This document shows positions 51,501-59,243 of a DNA stretch of 64,000 nt, in pieces. Every line of letters starts with the position of its first letter. The stretch's first letter is position 1. The DNA comes from a virus: positions 29,331 through 93,330 of the IMG/VR virus record IMGVR_UViG_3300030105_002498. One strand, given 5' to 3'. The position numbers and the translations under genes were made by a program. The notes beneath the pieces were generated by a model. That model saw only the letters and a program-made list of their open reading frames with translations, was not told the origin of the DNA and did not search any database.

Positions 51501-53551
51501 AGTTTGCTGGATTTACTAGAGAATGGAATGGTAAGTTTAGACCAGGAGTTTTCAACAAAATTTTAGGAATTAGACAAGATGATAAGCCAAGTGTCTTTAC
51601 TAGACAGTATGTGCAGAACACTCCACAAAAGTTGACCAAGGTTGACCCTAAGACTCAGATCATGGATGCTGCTTATACAGGTAATAACAAAGACTTAGGA
51701 AACTTAGTGGAATTTGCTTTGAATGAAAAAGCTTTGACTGAAGTTGAACAAGCTACATTTGCTAAAGTAAACTTTGTAACTATCTATAACTCTACGACAA
51801 AAAAAGGGTTGAAGAAGTTTCAAGTGTATGAAAGAAGTAATGATAAGTTTAGAAGAATTTCTACATTAGGTGTATTTGGAATGGCAGAATATTCTATTGG
51901 ACAAGAGAGCATGGGTAGTGTAGTTAATGACAGTTTCAGACATGCTTCACCACCTGCTAAAGCTATTGTTAAGAAAGTAGCTCAACCAAAAGTTAACAAT
52001 GCTATTGATTTGGATAATATGTCAGGGAAAGAAATTATAGCAACTGTAGCTAACTTTGATTTTGTAGAAAACCCACACTTAAAAGCTGTAGCTCAAGCTA
52101 TCATGCCTTACTTACCAGACAGTCTTGAGTTTAAGACAGATGATTTAGTAGTAAATGGAGTAAGAGTTGCAAGAGGTAGATACAATGTAGGAGAGAATCT
52201 TATTACTATTGATAAATTATACTTAGCTACTGCCACTTCAGAAGATTTAGCTAAGACTATATTACATGAAACTATTCATGCCTTAACAGCTAAGTATATC
52301 AACCAACACATTGATATAAAAACTGGAGAGTTCTTGAGTGAAAATCCACCAAAAGAGATTGTAGACTTAGTGTTACTATTTAATGAAACAAAAAGAAAGC
52401 TTGGACCAGAAATTGAAGCTTATGCTAAAAAGAGACAAGATCAACTAGCTGGAAGAACTACTGAAGGAACTACAGAGAGAGAAAGAACTGTAGCTTATGG
52501 AGGAACTAATATTAAGGAATTTGTAACTCTTGTAATGACAGAACCTAATTTCCAAAAAGAAATGATGGACACTATCTACAAGCAGTCTGACAAAAACTTA
52601 CTAGAGAAGTTAGCTGATATTGTTAAGAACATCTTACATACAGTATTAGGAGAAAGCTTTAATAAAGATGGAGTTACTTCACAAGGAATTTTAGCTTCTA
52701 TGCAAATTATTGAAAGTCAGTATGCAGGTGAAATTGATATTGATACAACTGCTGCTGAAGCTAATAGGCTAATGGACTTAATGGTAGAGCAATTGGCTCA
52801 AGGAGGTCCACCAGCTTTTAACCCAGATGAGTTTGAGAACAAACCACCTGAAGTTACTTTTGAACCTACAGATTTTATTTGGAGATTCAATAAGAAGAAG
52901 AACTTGAACTATGTAGTTGAGGGTAATTTTCCTTTAAGCATGAACCTTGTAGATAAAGTTAAGGCAGGAGAGCAAAGTATCACTATAAGAAATCCTAAGT
53001 ATAAAAACTCAGAGGGTATCTATAATGTTGATGGAACAAACCTTGCAATTAGTAGAGTTGGTAACAAACCAGTTACTATTGGAGAGATGAAAGCTAAAGG
53101 TTATACTGAAGCTGAGATTCTTAAAGCTTTTAAAGGAGGTACTATAGCTGATATTAGAGAACAATCTGTTAAAGATTGGTTCAATGGTATAGGAACTAAG
53201 AATATATATTTTGTCAAAGATGTGACGAATAAACCAGAAGTCTTGCTAGAGCCATCAGAATATGTTATCTTTGACGAAAATCAAGTATCTATTGTGCTAC
53301 ATGCAAATGAAATGCACTTTATTAAAACTAAAGATGGTAAATTTTATATGACTTCTGAAAGCCAAGATTTAAGGCAAATAACTAAGGAAACTTTTGACTT
53401 AGCTTCTAATGACCCTGCTTTTGATACCTTTGGAATTTTAGACAAAGAAGAAAGACTTAGCTTTATAGGAGGACTAAACAGTTTGACTAGAAGTATGTAC
53501 CAAGGTGAATTAGGGACACCTTTATTTAGAATACCTTTTAAATGTAATTAA
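39515..53551 (+). CDS. giant virion RNA polymerase polyprotein (4678 aa)
   Basis: catalytic GIDFDVDK (DFDVD at 49532-49546), FRIPTS, TDAQEY, QPIKP; also two HExxH zincin-like motifs and a GNAT-like segment. Confidence 0.9.
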   Translation: MSKGRKINISVEEAFGIPAQKKGPDTINPTTDPLKKSNGGPISESLSPESLRILEETKGAKAGGAAIDKGSELFRLQGGTFSVDEAINYNANLAANQSFGEQVGNVTMNAIPTFAAGFLDNFNYDIPDMVGLVSGQEKEYGNWLTDITQSLRKAGDAPVYQEGDSLADPTYWAKQAQNFSYTAGLIAGTMVEQAAMTALTVESLGAAAPLQALSLGNKAKLFKNAAFGTWKGVQEGYINALETFEGTKKKYEGLGYSQEEAIKYASEAASIGYKMETGPLMVLNALQFGAIGKLNPFGKSAGVNTGFGGAVESALSPAFSRIAYKPLSKLVAGGVNIGSESVEEIIQTGVGRYAEHRQLSKTKDTFTDFEFWNNEMRDSAIGGAFGGGVFTVAGSVSDKIQDKKTGAVQGRIYDNFITNNKKRTEQHTIELSQAIQEGDVEKQRNIEFKMQRESVFEALKLDYTLKKETAFDSHIKTLEGALEAIQNKDVEALKKYGLLDEASIKNALQSFPRLIAQSNKIKETFLKNYEKSEDFTVAATLTDSQMVSDNSIRYIEENKKSVEEFKRKNFSGLSPQGQVHMNNLLRKEEIMIQAGINSISAAERTELESLEEMINTGDEGLSELDRNLFKTLDASEILNTYVENENLKKVQGTATERIEEWSKPGKAKEVKVNEAVQEIKKATSKEALVEVKETLEKENALTPKVEQVINAKIVEAEVNATVPPQEEGENFAEIERETGPPPNPVREETAQEINAIFEQLEAEYAETDNFTTLSDEQLFEPVDVSDMSDGLRSKMQKAVGQYYENLRTEKDNPSFSDFIQDFIKHNAKDSTDRIFNALVEGWKANGLQEADYAQVYANIFKNRKDIAFDILGIANEIIGEAPTVTEVASETKKVLEEVQKEAAPTVALNTNNEPVLKDTTPFRTSQATLKAAHLSMPYNREFVTDEDGNVTVVDTDDSTELLTGNDVNSMKLLNPDLFNPGTVLSVSIPPNYMNMKVSVWEDDITKGRSITFGEWMAKNNVTKGSPEWIAKVPMVATDQDGENVFMMHDTDWYNPVNVGLKDSPADQFSIIQEANLNLMNVRNKLQDVGQSFEITITVKRPGTWKLVDKNSPPITINQANPQTKFAIANKDGDLVIEANELLEKDDVNLLNTKKDFKDGHTYQIRRGVNKNEVIALQVFRNKLSEDAVNTVNGLVEAYLYQKDEGGSVSDFAKTKEVREQVLTATGLDVFNMRDFETLINMYIPTLRGKFGSPASVSIEVEKNPRIPNGTPYFVVQKGAFVFGVKGQEIVPGKKAYYIHPMKMKDEGGPAQMAFRLRKFTAMLPNATQNISKEGLSTDRNTVVIDKDKNVFPKESYREFLKNTLTTTVKSFNVGTKDKPVYATYVQPVINFEVTGESKVDVANPTPAKVEEIKVKMSEAKKANLSLEQKVGWNEGFSESEIEFALNSDNVEIKETVDNQGNSEIKITENGNYVGSITLSLEIEGYLGVSITVGVESQGKGISKHLYNLALASVKEKGGKGLYSIDQVLKTPEKSKASRANFKTSLLGKEDSKIRKTLQSVLINELKGEKAVVTLITDVSDSFAKKGAIQYKTETTEAQERAASEQAEEAIERQVEEGQAAFIANEERNRREAEDVEMAALTKKEQAIVQSSPEKFETVEPLKIEEITSDVSPVDNNQELIKIGTKTVLNSNEELTRIGKDNKRLSKIAKLMAARISSLTNRIVNADLDSAGIAMTNFSQDSIDENDNFLEGSILTDVAIDEEAIQTVVSAREDLADLRDETIVHEEIHRYTKALYVIKEAAGGGSLTDFGFTEAEDTFMAEIEELYQQYLETNNTNSDFAQPNTSIEEFITYGLTNAAFIAEIDGIKVENTSILDKLIAALSKLFGDKISIKQALDKSFENYMKAETHLEKIAVQTEYFTAKESVPVTNPPAVKSAAEIQNLKDSIAMLLHLGVSENAPEMQILRDELGIEYLDEPTIITSEDIAKMKQDVTGVPGLTIIQDFQVTDYVFNEVSKRIDFKFGTKVDKNEILKDVKSSYFDLLGPKQKNNMTTIANLEKMVVNSPGLAPVVERMKKEVQVYTTIRDNWKMIEKGGLDKVRKFTGIKETNDTMEVLNENGEVEKNYSKTSLEEGGKGTASYRLKRFLAGIKEVDANGTPKTGFLGVPTYVGFDVAYATIESVLSSPVEVDSSFQDMIVRLEENVKNHKWLRQVIEQLKSADEQIQNELVYNFTRHTLSMKFVMFSKNRDGTYSLKVYDTNSTEITRVIRTQWDSNLKNSPLVYAANGTHKINKDRAKFLLEQFEAFQSSIVPATAGNVATVGATNEQLKTWLEDFGIVLSEDTLNEMRTKQVTYMTKDGQATMNFTKLFKNSSNSDGVFGLLANYLQNIIEQDDTTLDENPQNHPFDNANNVLKTLAKIESKYSLNATTNSFRDGGKSIYGFTATKLATDLSKKLKATDSEYRAQLLEKSFNKHSHILKLLNSSESFRDKMQIDHLGITAMKELGKGTFGDNSLTGLSNSDHELTKLGLFQDREQGELKEFFDEAKFIGLRMARMFFPTMSDKSQMLMLQTAVLDLNAKHFTIVDGVATIKEQIAEAMYSQMVRPELERLTSFAARNEPTNIKGYDMAARMFLMIPELNNMVDADTGLRVIALMNQQPSVYNMEWFEEKIRPQAKEIITKLVANDSAKKIKEWEVAGFIETKNGVKSTKFLNQKYFNNISASTVEEKIQVAANDFVINSLISNANIHMVFSGDIASYSQDKIKQYFEDGNPIAPVAALKDGTIVGDKAYAMVSRDIISVNLGKRLALLLAPGNKIANSKGDKYTQIFLNDFFDITSNVPTLVELFYGKEESVKAAKIVSDYNATKDGAARKRLAKQLAADYPQLEDYFDIESTDAQEYTTLSEHINVLWRQGRLHSTQYEAMKAKAESGQNLTYEELRLVFQPIKPVHTGFRNEPGMDMMRMMYIKSSSYPLIPQLTKGLELDKLRLMLEDQEKKTGKKVRASYQSANKVGANNKAISIFNPDGTYNTELSDLEISEASLVLDRDNFRIQQDVPFKSAKTSTDKVSLGTQTLKLLFGDGMLDIDDFEMDGVKMSGKELYDKFVNDYDGYINLKKESLFKQLGVDKRGQPIDVEKTMDKLQKMLKIEAEERGYPKQDIEALKIVPKLDKDGNIIDVQFSIPLWLSPNSNRYEALLNAIVTTRLVNVKLPGSAYVLGTEAGYKMQEDFSGINKSNIVFTSEWQGELKAYEKGKLAQIFLPSKFRDNEGNLIDLMSDKYSYRDEDGLLKLREDMIDPKLLERTSFRIPTSAHVSMSQVVIAGFLPTEVGDLMILPKNFTKQKGIDFDVDKETTYHLHTYMDADGKMRAFDEDARQETLKKFDSQHNDDTAEAKLIREIFGDDVNFLDDEFEPGEKLDKINDKLKEKIFENELVKIHAAVLSNHNPEVQRKINKVLSMDFATKQAELIQKELKGDQDDTYFTMLSDSYHKSKVELGAAGKLGIGVYSNYVVFHSMIQQSSKPIQLKTRDGEGGLIPLKVTIGKQTSNGMLGGKNSLAQGVNKRSIAEVFAERQNTATDNEKEQIMGRVNVNEVTINVDSLLSALGFDKDTLDDGSAVSLPYLFLSQPIIRDFVEALRKTNSNTTEFSSAAREIVINELKQKYISETDYNAELVPQMMTGQTLFNNLNTPSNMIQLEVLEMFLGLDKYAKNIALLQGRMNITGSGLGKSFFETIDKHYALQNIIKDNEANKSGIIIGNASNLIGDYIKKDSIEPEHVGRDFASEGYVDLGSYWIKPNNPIGSMLVNSVDTGYNLWKDFFPFDDYFIKQVMDEIRKEVSSEDASSTKVIETQQNIFKEMKKFFVTSQLLEVINGDPGVERQRLFIDTEGKQSLPNYMNEVVRGTSILKSNKLLSRFQYTINKNGLPSLIKFDNTKGENFDEDYLYLSLIELMEAKEALPDFQGKPYDTEMLAKDLIAYNYLEGGIQEAVQFSKYISISYLNTIKFAGFTREWNGKFRPGVFNKILGIRQDDKPSVFTRQYVQNTPQKLTKVDPKTQIMDAAYTGNNKDLGNLVEFALNEKALTEVEQATFAKVNFVTIYNSTTKKGLKKFQVYERSNDKFRRISTLGVFGMAEYSIGQESMGSVVNDSFRHASPPAKAIVKKVAQPKVNNAIDLDNMSGKEIIATVANFDFVENPHLKAVAQAIMPYLPDSLEFKTDDLVVNGVRVARGRYNVGENLITIDKLYLATATSEDLAKTILHETIHALTAKYINQHIDIKTGEFLSENPPKEIVDLVLLFNETKRKLGPEIEAYAKKRQDQLAGRTTEGTTERERTVAYGGTNIKEFVTLVMTEPNFQKEMMDTIYKQSDKNLLEKLADIVKNILHTVLGESFNKDGVTSQGILASMQIIESQYAGEIDIDTTAAEANRLMDLMVEQLAQGGPPAFNPDEFENKPPEVTFEPTDFIWRFNKKKNLNYVVEGNFPLSMNLVDKVKAGEQSITIRNPKYKNSEGIYNVDGTNLAISRVGNKPVTIGEMKAKGYTEAEILKAFKGGTIADIREQSVKDWFNGIGTKNIYFVKDVTNKPEVLLEPSEYVIFDENQVSIVLHANEMHFIKTKDGKFYMTSESQDLRQITKETFDLASNDPAFDTFGILDKEERLSFIGGLNSLTRSMYQGELGTPLFRIPFKCN

Positions 53552-53555
53552 ACTT

Positions 53556-56500
53556 ATGGCTTGTAACAGCAAACAAAATACTATAACACACCTACAAAAA
53601 GTGGGTGTGCTTGATGAATATGGTAGGGTTACTAATCCTTCCAGGTTAGATGCAATTAATGCGCACTACATGACACACATAGCTGACACCTACGGGATTG
53701 TTCCTGAAAGTGGAGTATTGCTAACATCAAGGGAAATAACTAGACAAGACGGGACTTCTCGTAGTAATACGAAGAGTTTCCATGTCCTTGAGACTAATGA
53801 TGCTGCATTTGAGCAGATTAATGAGGCTATTAATGATAACCAAGAGCTTCTTGATGAACCAATTGATTATTTTGAAGAACTTTATGCTCCTAGCAGTCCA
53901 CCACTTGTGACTCCAGCTTATGAAAAATCTATTCAATACAAGAAAAATCTATTGAATAGACTTGAAGGTAGATTAGAAAAAATAAAAGCCGACAAAAGAG
54001 AAGCTTCATCTGACCTAGTTCTATTAAAAGAGTTGATAGCTTTAGAAAATGCTATTGAAGCAAGGATAGAAGGTGTTCATGATTTAGAGATTACAGGATT
54101 AAGGGCAGAGATTATAGATTTAGAAAGTGATCCTCCAATTGCAAAATTTGAGTTCTACGCTGAGAAAGATTTTGAAAGATTGGAAGCTCTAGTAGATTCA
54201 GAAAATCCAGAGGATTTAAAAGAAGCTAGAACTATCATTGACTTCTATAAAGCTATGGGAGATTTTTCTCCTAAAGTTATTCATCCTTTATACAATGAAA
54301 CAAAGGATGTAATGCAGAATGGAAAAATGGTGAAGACTTACTATAATACAGGATTCAATGAAGACTCAGGAGTACTAGTAATTTCCCAGGAGATACAAGA
54401 CAAATTACAAGAGTTGTCACTTAGAGCTGGAGAGAAGGAAAGAAAACTCTATGAAAAAGAAAAACAAGCTATTGTTTCTAATGTAAATCAGAATACAAAA
54501 GTGCAAGGTTTGTATTCTGAAGAATTTACTCATGATGAGTTATTCTTTAAAAATACAGGTCTGAAAGATACACCTTGGATTGATATGTTTTTGATGGACA
54601 TCACCAATGGTATCTTCTCTACTAATGGAATTATTCCACAGGTGATGATGAATAACATTCAGAATGCTTTTGAAGAAAACTTAGTTAAAGCAAAGAGTGT
54701 AGAGAATAGATTGAATGAAATGCAACCACAAGTGGAAGCAGCTTTAAAAGCTCTAGGTTATGATTTAGCTGGTACAGCAGGAGTCTTTGGTCTAACAGGA
54801 GTTTCTTATGACTTGTTTAAAGCAGAAGATTCTAATGGACAATTTAAAGATGGTATAGTCCAAAGATATGATTCTAGTTTTACTGATTCTAAAAGTGGGA
54901 TGTACTATACTTTTAACAGAGATTTTGCAGCAGCTTTAAAAATAGAAGACCCTGCAAAAAAACAAGAAGCAATTAAAGCTGCTTACATAAAGAAAAGAAA
55001 TTGGTTTAAAAAGAATACTATAGTAATTGATGTAAACAGATTAACAGACCTCAATTATCAAAAAGAACTTGAAGATGTTCTTGGACCTCAAGGTTACGTG
55101 GAAGAGATGGCTAAACAAAGTAAATTAATAAGAGACTATGAAGTTAGTTTAGAGATTTACAAAGATCAAGTTATTGCAGAAGGAGGAGCATCAACTATTC
55201 AAGCTAATAAAATAGAAAGGTGGACAAAAAGAAATAGTCCTTATGAAGCTACAACTAGTTACTATGATAATACTCCTATTACAATAGGAGCAAAAACACT
55301 TGAGTCTAGTATGAAATACAATTCTGCTATACCTAGAAGAACAAAAGTATTACTAAGAGCTGGTCCTCATGGACTATCTGCTGCTGCAACCCCAGATGAC
55401 ACAGGTTTCTATGATAAGAAATTTGAAACTATTGAGAATAATCCAGTATTGAAAGAGTTTCATAACTTGACAATGGAAGTGCAACAAATGATAACTGAAG
55501 TAATGCCAATTGATGTGAGAAGAAAATTCTCTGCCAACTCTTTACCTTCATTAGAAAAGAACTTAATTGAGATATTAACTTCACCAAATATTGCATTTCT
55601 AGCTAAGATTTCAAAAGCTTATAGACACTTGATTGATAAAATCATGGGAGCTTTTGGTATGAATATCCAGAGTAGTTTAAGTAATGCCACTATTGACCCA
55701 ATTACAGGTAAACCTGAGTACAAAGTTAATTCGGAATTTCTAAAATCAAATAAAGAAGAAATTAATAAAAGATACCAAATTGAGATACTAAGATTGAAGA
55801 GAGCAATAGGAATGCGTTTAACTGCAACTATTACAGATAGAACAACTTTTGATTTAACTACTGCTAGTCCTGATGCAATAGACATTATAGCTGAAGCTTT
55901 AGGAGTAGACTCAACACTTGCAGCTATAAAAGCTAGAATTCCAGGAGACATGAAAGTTGCTGAAATAGGTAAGATGTTAAGAAGTGGTATCACTCATCAA
56001 GTGGTACAAGAAAAATCTTTTGATTTACCTAAGATTTTAAAACTGTACTCATACATGACTATGGAGTATGCTGCTAGACAAGAAGCTTTACCTTTAATGG
56101 AGATTATGAAAAGTCACTATGAAGAGATTAAAGACCCAGCACTTACTAATACAGGAGCATCTATGACTAATGTTGCAAACCAAGAAACTACATTGGAGGG
56201 GGTTAGAGTTGGAGCTATAAGACAAATGAACTCTTGGTTTGATAGAGTTATTCTTGGAGAATATGGAAGTAAAAATGAACTTGGTGACACCACTTTAAAA
56301 AGAAATATTAAATTAGGCTTCTCAGAAGAAGACCAAACTAATATTTTTAAGAGTATGGTGAGCACTACTATAACAGGTAGAATATTAAATACCCAAGAAA
56401 AGATTATAGCTAAGAAACTACCTGCTTTGATAATTGAAGCTCAATCTTTAGTAGACACAGCACCTAACCCTGAACTTCAAAAACAAGCTCAAAAAGTGTT

Positions 56501-58232
56501 GAGTAATTTAGTATACACTCAAGACAATCTTGGAAAGCATTTCTCAGTAACTAAAATGTTTGATGCAATATTCAACTTTATTAGATTGAAAGGTCTTGGT
56601 TGGAATTTATCATCTTCTGTAACAAACTTTATGGAGGGTCAGATAGCTAACATAACTATAGCTGCAACTGGTGATTACTTTACACCAGAGAATATTTACA
56701 GAGCAAATGGCATTATTAAAGGTTCATTTATGAAAACTTTAGCAATGGGTAAGTACTCAACTAATGGGGCAAAACTTACTAGGACTTTGATGGACAGATA
56801 CAGAGTGTTGCAAGATGCTTCTAATGAATTGCAGAAGGCATCAAGTAAGTCAGCTTTCTCCAAGTTTCAGAACTTAGACCCTTATGAAATTACAAGAAGA
56901 ACAGAGTACTTGAATCAAGGACCACTTATGATTGCTATCTTAATGGACCAAAAAATAACTGGTACAGATGGTACAGTAAGTAATGTATGGGATGCTATGA
57001 ATCCTGATGGAACTTTAAAAGACAATTTTAGAAGTGAGAGTAATATTGCTAACTGGGAAAATGCTGATGGACAACAGTACAATGATTTTGCTACACACTT
57101 AAAAAAGACTATTGTAAATGCTCATGGTGATTATGATGAGTTGAGAGGAAACATGGCAACAGAGACAATTTCTGGTAAAGCTTTATTAATGTTTAAGAGA
57201 TGGATGGGAAAACAATTCTATCAAAGATTTGCAATGGTGGAACAACCTGACCTTGAGGTTGGGATTAAAGAATACAAAGGTAGGTATTTATCACACACTA
57301 AGTCTACAGGATTTACTCATGGAGCAATCATTGGATTCTCTGCTTTTGGGTTACTTGGAGCAGGTCCATTAGGCTTTTTAATTGGAGGTGCTGCTGGATT
57401 TGCAACAGCACAAGGCTTCGGAGCAAACACAGGAATTAATTTTTTAAAGGAATTAGCTTTCACTTCTAAAGAATTATTCTTAAATTTGGTAAGAATTCCT
57501 ATAAATAACACAATGGGAAGAGAAGTTGTGACTGATTTAGGCTTAAATAAGCTGTTTGTTAAAGCTGGATTACCTTCTACTTATGCAAGTTTAAAGTTAG
57601 AGGAGAGAGATATGAGGAACTATAAAGCTAATATGATAGATATGTCTATGACTTTAGCTTGGATGGGACTTATGTTATTTACTAAAGCTTTACTTTGGGA
57701 TGATGAAGATGATTCTGAAGACCCTAGAAGAAAAGCTCACAATTTACTTGCAAATAGATTCATGCAATTAGCAGGTGCAGCAACAATGTACACTAATCCT
57801 GTTGAAGCTTGGGGGAGTACAGTAGGTAATTTACCTGTTATTACTTTTTTCACAGATGTAGGAAAGCTTGCTAACGCAGCTTCAGGTGCATTTAGTGATG
57901 ATGATATTTTAGCAAGTGGACCTAATGCAGGTCAATCTAAGTTTGGAAACCAATTTGAAAAAACTTTCTATCCTGGAGTCGTTAAAGGAGGAGTTGGATT
58001 TGAGAAAGCCATGAATAGACAATTTAGACCTCACGCTTTTGATTCATGGTTTCATAGTGATGAGAAGAAAGCTAAAAAAGTGACTAAGGCTATCAGAGCA
58101 CAAGCACTTAATGGTCATCTTTTAGATGGAATGAGTAAAGAGGACGCTAAAAAAGCAGTTAAGAAAAAATACAGATATAAAAAGAAGGATGAGACTTACT
58201 TAGACCTTCTAAAAGTTTATAAGAATTTCTAG
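53556..58232 (+). CDS. large internal virion (ejection) protein
   Basis: 1558 aa, helical, with a Gly-rich hydrophobic segment near the C-terminus; follows RNAP as in crAss-like phages. Confidence 0.7.
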   Translation: MACNSKQNTITHLQKVGVLDEYGRVTNPSRLDAINAHYMTHIADTYGIVPESGVLLTSREITRQDGTSRSNTKSFHVLETNDAAFEQINEAINDNQELLDEPIDYFEELYAPSSPPLVTPAYEKSIQYKKNLLNRLEGRLEKIKADKREASSDLVLLKELIALENAIEARIEGVHDLEITGLRAEIIDLESDPPIAKFEFYAEKDFERLEALVDSENPEDLKEARTIIDFYKAMGDFSPKVIHPLYNETKDVMQNGKMVKTYYNTGFNEDSGVLVISQEIQDKLQELSLRAGEKERKLYEKEKQAIVSNVNQNTKVQGLYSEEFTHDELFFKNTGLKDTPWIDMFLMDITNGIFSTNGIIPQVMMNNIQNAFEENLVKAKSVENRLNEMQPQVEAALKALGYDLAGTAGVFGLTGVSYDLFKAEDSNGQFKDGIVQRYDSSFTDSKSGMYYTFNRDFAAALKIEDPAKKQEAIKAAYIKKRNWFKKNTIVIDVNRLTDLNYQKELEDVLGPQGYVEEMAKQSKLIRDYEVSLEIYKDQVIAEGGASTIQANKIERWTKRNSPYEATTSYYDNTPITIGAKTLESSMKYNSAIPRRTKVLLRAGPHGLSAAATPDDTGFYDKKFETIENNPVLKEFHNLTMEVQQMITEVMPIDVRRKFSANSLPSLEKNLIEILTSPNIAFLAKISKAYRHLIDKIMGAFGMNIQSSLSNATIDPITGKPEYKVNSEFLKSNKEEINKRYQIEILRLKRAIGMRLTATITDRTTFDLTTASPDAIDIIAEALGVDSTLAAIKARIPGDMKVAEIGKMLRSGITHQVVQEKSFDLPKILKLYSYMTMEYAARQEALPLMEIMKSHYEEIKDPALTNTGASMTNVANQETTLEGVRVGAIRQMNSWFDRVILGEYGSKNELGDTTLKRNIKLGFSEEDQTNIFKSMVSTTITGRILNTQEKIIAKKLPALIIEAQSLVDTAPNPELQKQAQKVLSNLVYTQDNLGKHFSVTKMFDAIFNFIRLKGLGWNLSSSVTNFMEGQIANITIAATGDYFTPENIYRANGIIKGSFMKTLAMGKYSTNGAKLTRTLMDRYRVLQDASNELQKASSKSAFSKFQNLDPYEITRRTEYLNQGPLMIAILMDQKITGTDGTVSNVWDAMNPDGTLKDNFRSESNIANWENADGQQYNDFATHLKKTIVNAHGDYDELRGNMATETISGKALLMFKRWMGKQFYQRFAMVEQPDLEVGIKEYKGRYLSHTKSTGFTHGAIIGFSAFGLLGAGPLGFLIGGAAGFATAQGFGANTGINFLKELAFTSKELFLNLVRIPINNTMGREVVTDLGLNKLFVKAGLPSTYASLKLEERDMRNYKANMIDMSMTLAWMGLMLFTKALLWDDEDDSEDPRRKAHNLLANRFMQLAGAATMYTNPVEAWGSTVGNLPVITFFTDVGKLANAASGAFSDDDILASGPNAGQSKFGNQFEKTFYPGVVKGGVGFEKAMNRQFRPHAFDSWFHSDEKKAKKVTKAIRAQALNGHLLDGMSKEDAKKAVKKKYRYKKKDETYLDLLKVYKNF

Positions 58233-58297
58233 GTACTAGAAATTTTTTAGTAAGCCGAGTTTTATGAATTTATTGAAATAATTAAAACAACTTTATT

Positions 58298-58594
58298 ATG
58301 ATTACAATTGGAGCAGTTATTGCTTTTTTAATTGGAGGTGCTGGAGCATACTTCATCTACAAGAACCTGGATAAAATTTATGATGGGATTGAATTCCCTT
58401 CAAATGGAGCACAAGCTGTTCTATTGAAGTTTGCAATATTAATAGACATCATGGTGGTTACGGCTTCTTCAGGTGCGTTATTTACAGGAGTTCCTGTTGC
58501 TGAGTTTGCTATGCCATTGGTATCTTTTGTAGCAGGTTTCTATTTTTTCTTGTACAAACCTACAAGTTGGACAAGTAAAAAGAAATCTAAATGA
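58298..58594 (+). CDS. small membrane protein (about 3 TM)
   Basis: three hydrophobic segments and a basic C-tail. Confidence 0.65.
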   Translation: MITIGAVIAFLIGGAGAYFIYKNLDKIYDGIEFPSNGAQAVLLKFAILIDIMVVTASSGALFTGVPVAEFAMPLVSFVAGFYFFLYKPTSWTSKKKSK

Positions 58595-59016
58595 TTTATT
58601 TATTTTTTCTAGCCAGTTTCTTTATTTTTATGGGCAAGAGTGTCGCTGACATTGTTTCCGTAGATAGTCATTGGAAACAATCGTGGTTAGGGAAAAAATT
58701 TAGTGAGCCATCATTCTTTGGACCAAAATCCAAGACAGCTCAAAGAAAAGAAAAGGTTGGTACTTGGATTAGTACCAACCTTTATCTGTCTATTAAAATA
58801 GCTAACTATTTAGCACATACAATTCTAGTTTCATTTAGTGACATTTGGCATCTTGCCAATACAGTTAGAAGAATTGGAATCTACCTTGGTATTTTTACTG
58901 CATTCAATCTGACAGGATATAATTCTTACGTCTTAACTGGGGGGTTTGCAGCTTCAAATATGATAGGATTTTGGCTAATGTATAACTATGTATTAAGAAG
59001 TTCTGATTTAACCTAA
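58591..59016 (+). CDS. membrane protein
   Basis: several hydrophobic segments; FSDIWHL motif; last gene of the plus-strand block. Confidence 0.65.
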   Translation: MIYLFFLASFFIFMGKSVADIVSVDSHWKQSWLGKKFSEPSFFGPKSKTAQRKEKVGTWISTNLYLSIKIANYLAHTILVSFSDIWHLANTVRRIGIYLGIFTAFNLTGYNSYVLTGGFAASNMIGFWLMYNYVLRSSDLT

Positions 59017-59243
59017 TAGTCAATATGAATCAGAACTTTTTCATCCTCTTCACACCCTAACTCTATGAGTTTGTTTGCTACTGGGTCATTACCAAAACCA
59101 CCTTTAGCTAGTCCCTCTTTTGAATTAGCTGTATAATCAACATAACAGTCAGTACCTCTTTCCAGAGTAATATAATCAATTAAATCCTCCTCTTCTCTAA
59201 AATCTTCAGAGATGGAGAATACTTTTGTTCTTATAACTACCAT
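59013..59243 (-). CDS. hypothetical acidic protein
   Basis: ORF track; coupled to the upstream gene. Confidence 0.65.
   Translation of the reverse strand: MVVIRTKVFSISEDFREEEDLIDYITLERGTDCYVDYTANSKEGLAKGGFGNDPVANKLIELGCEEDEKVLIHIDY

Noticed and set aside
7391-53551. Introns or inteins in terL, MCP or RNAP
   Set aside because: The genes are uninterrupted and I saw no intein splice motifs or LAGLIDADG/HNH inserts by eye; a profile search would be needed to be certain.
3605-59016. Stop-codon reassignment, as in some crAss-like phages
   Set aside because: ORFs up to 4678 aa are intact under the standard code, TAG and TGA end real genes (portal ends TAG), and there is no suppressor tRNA.
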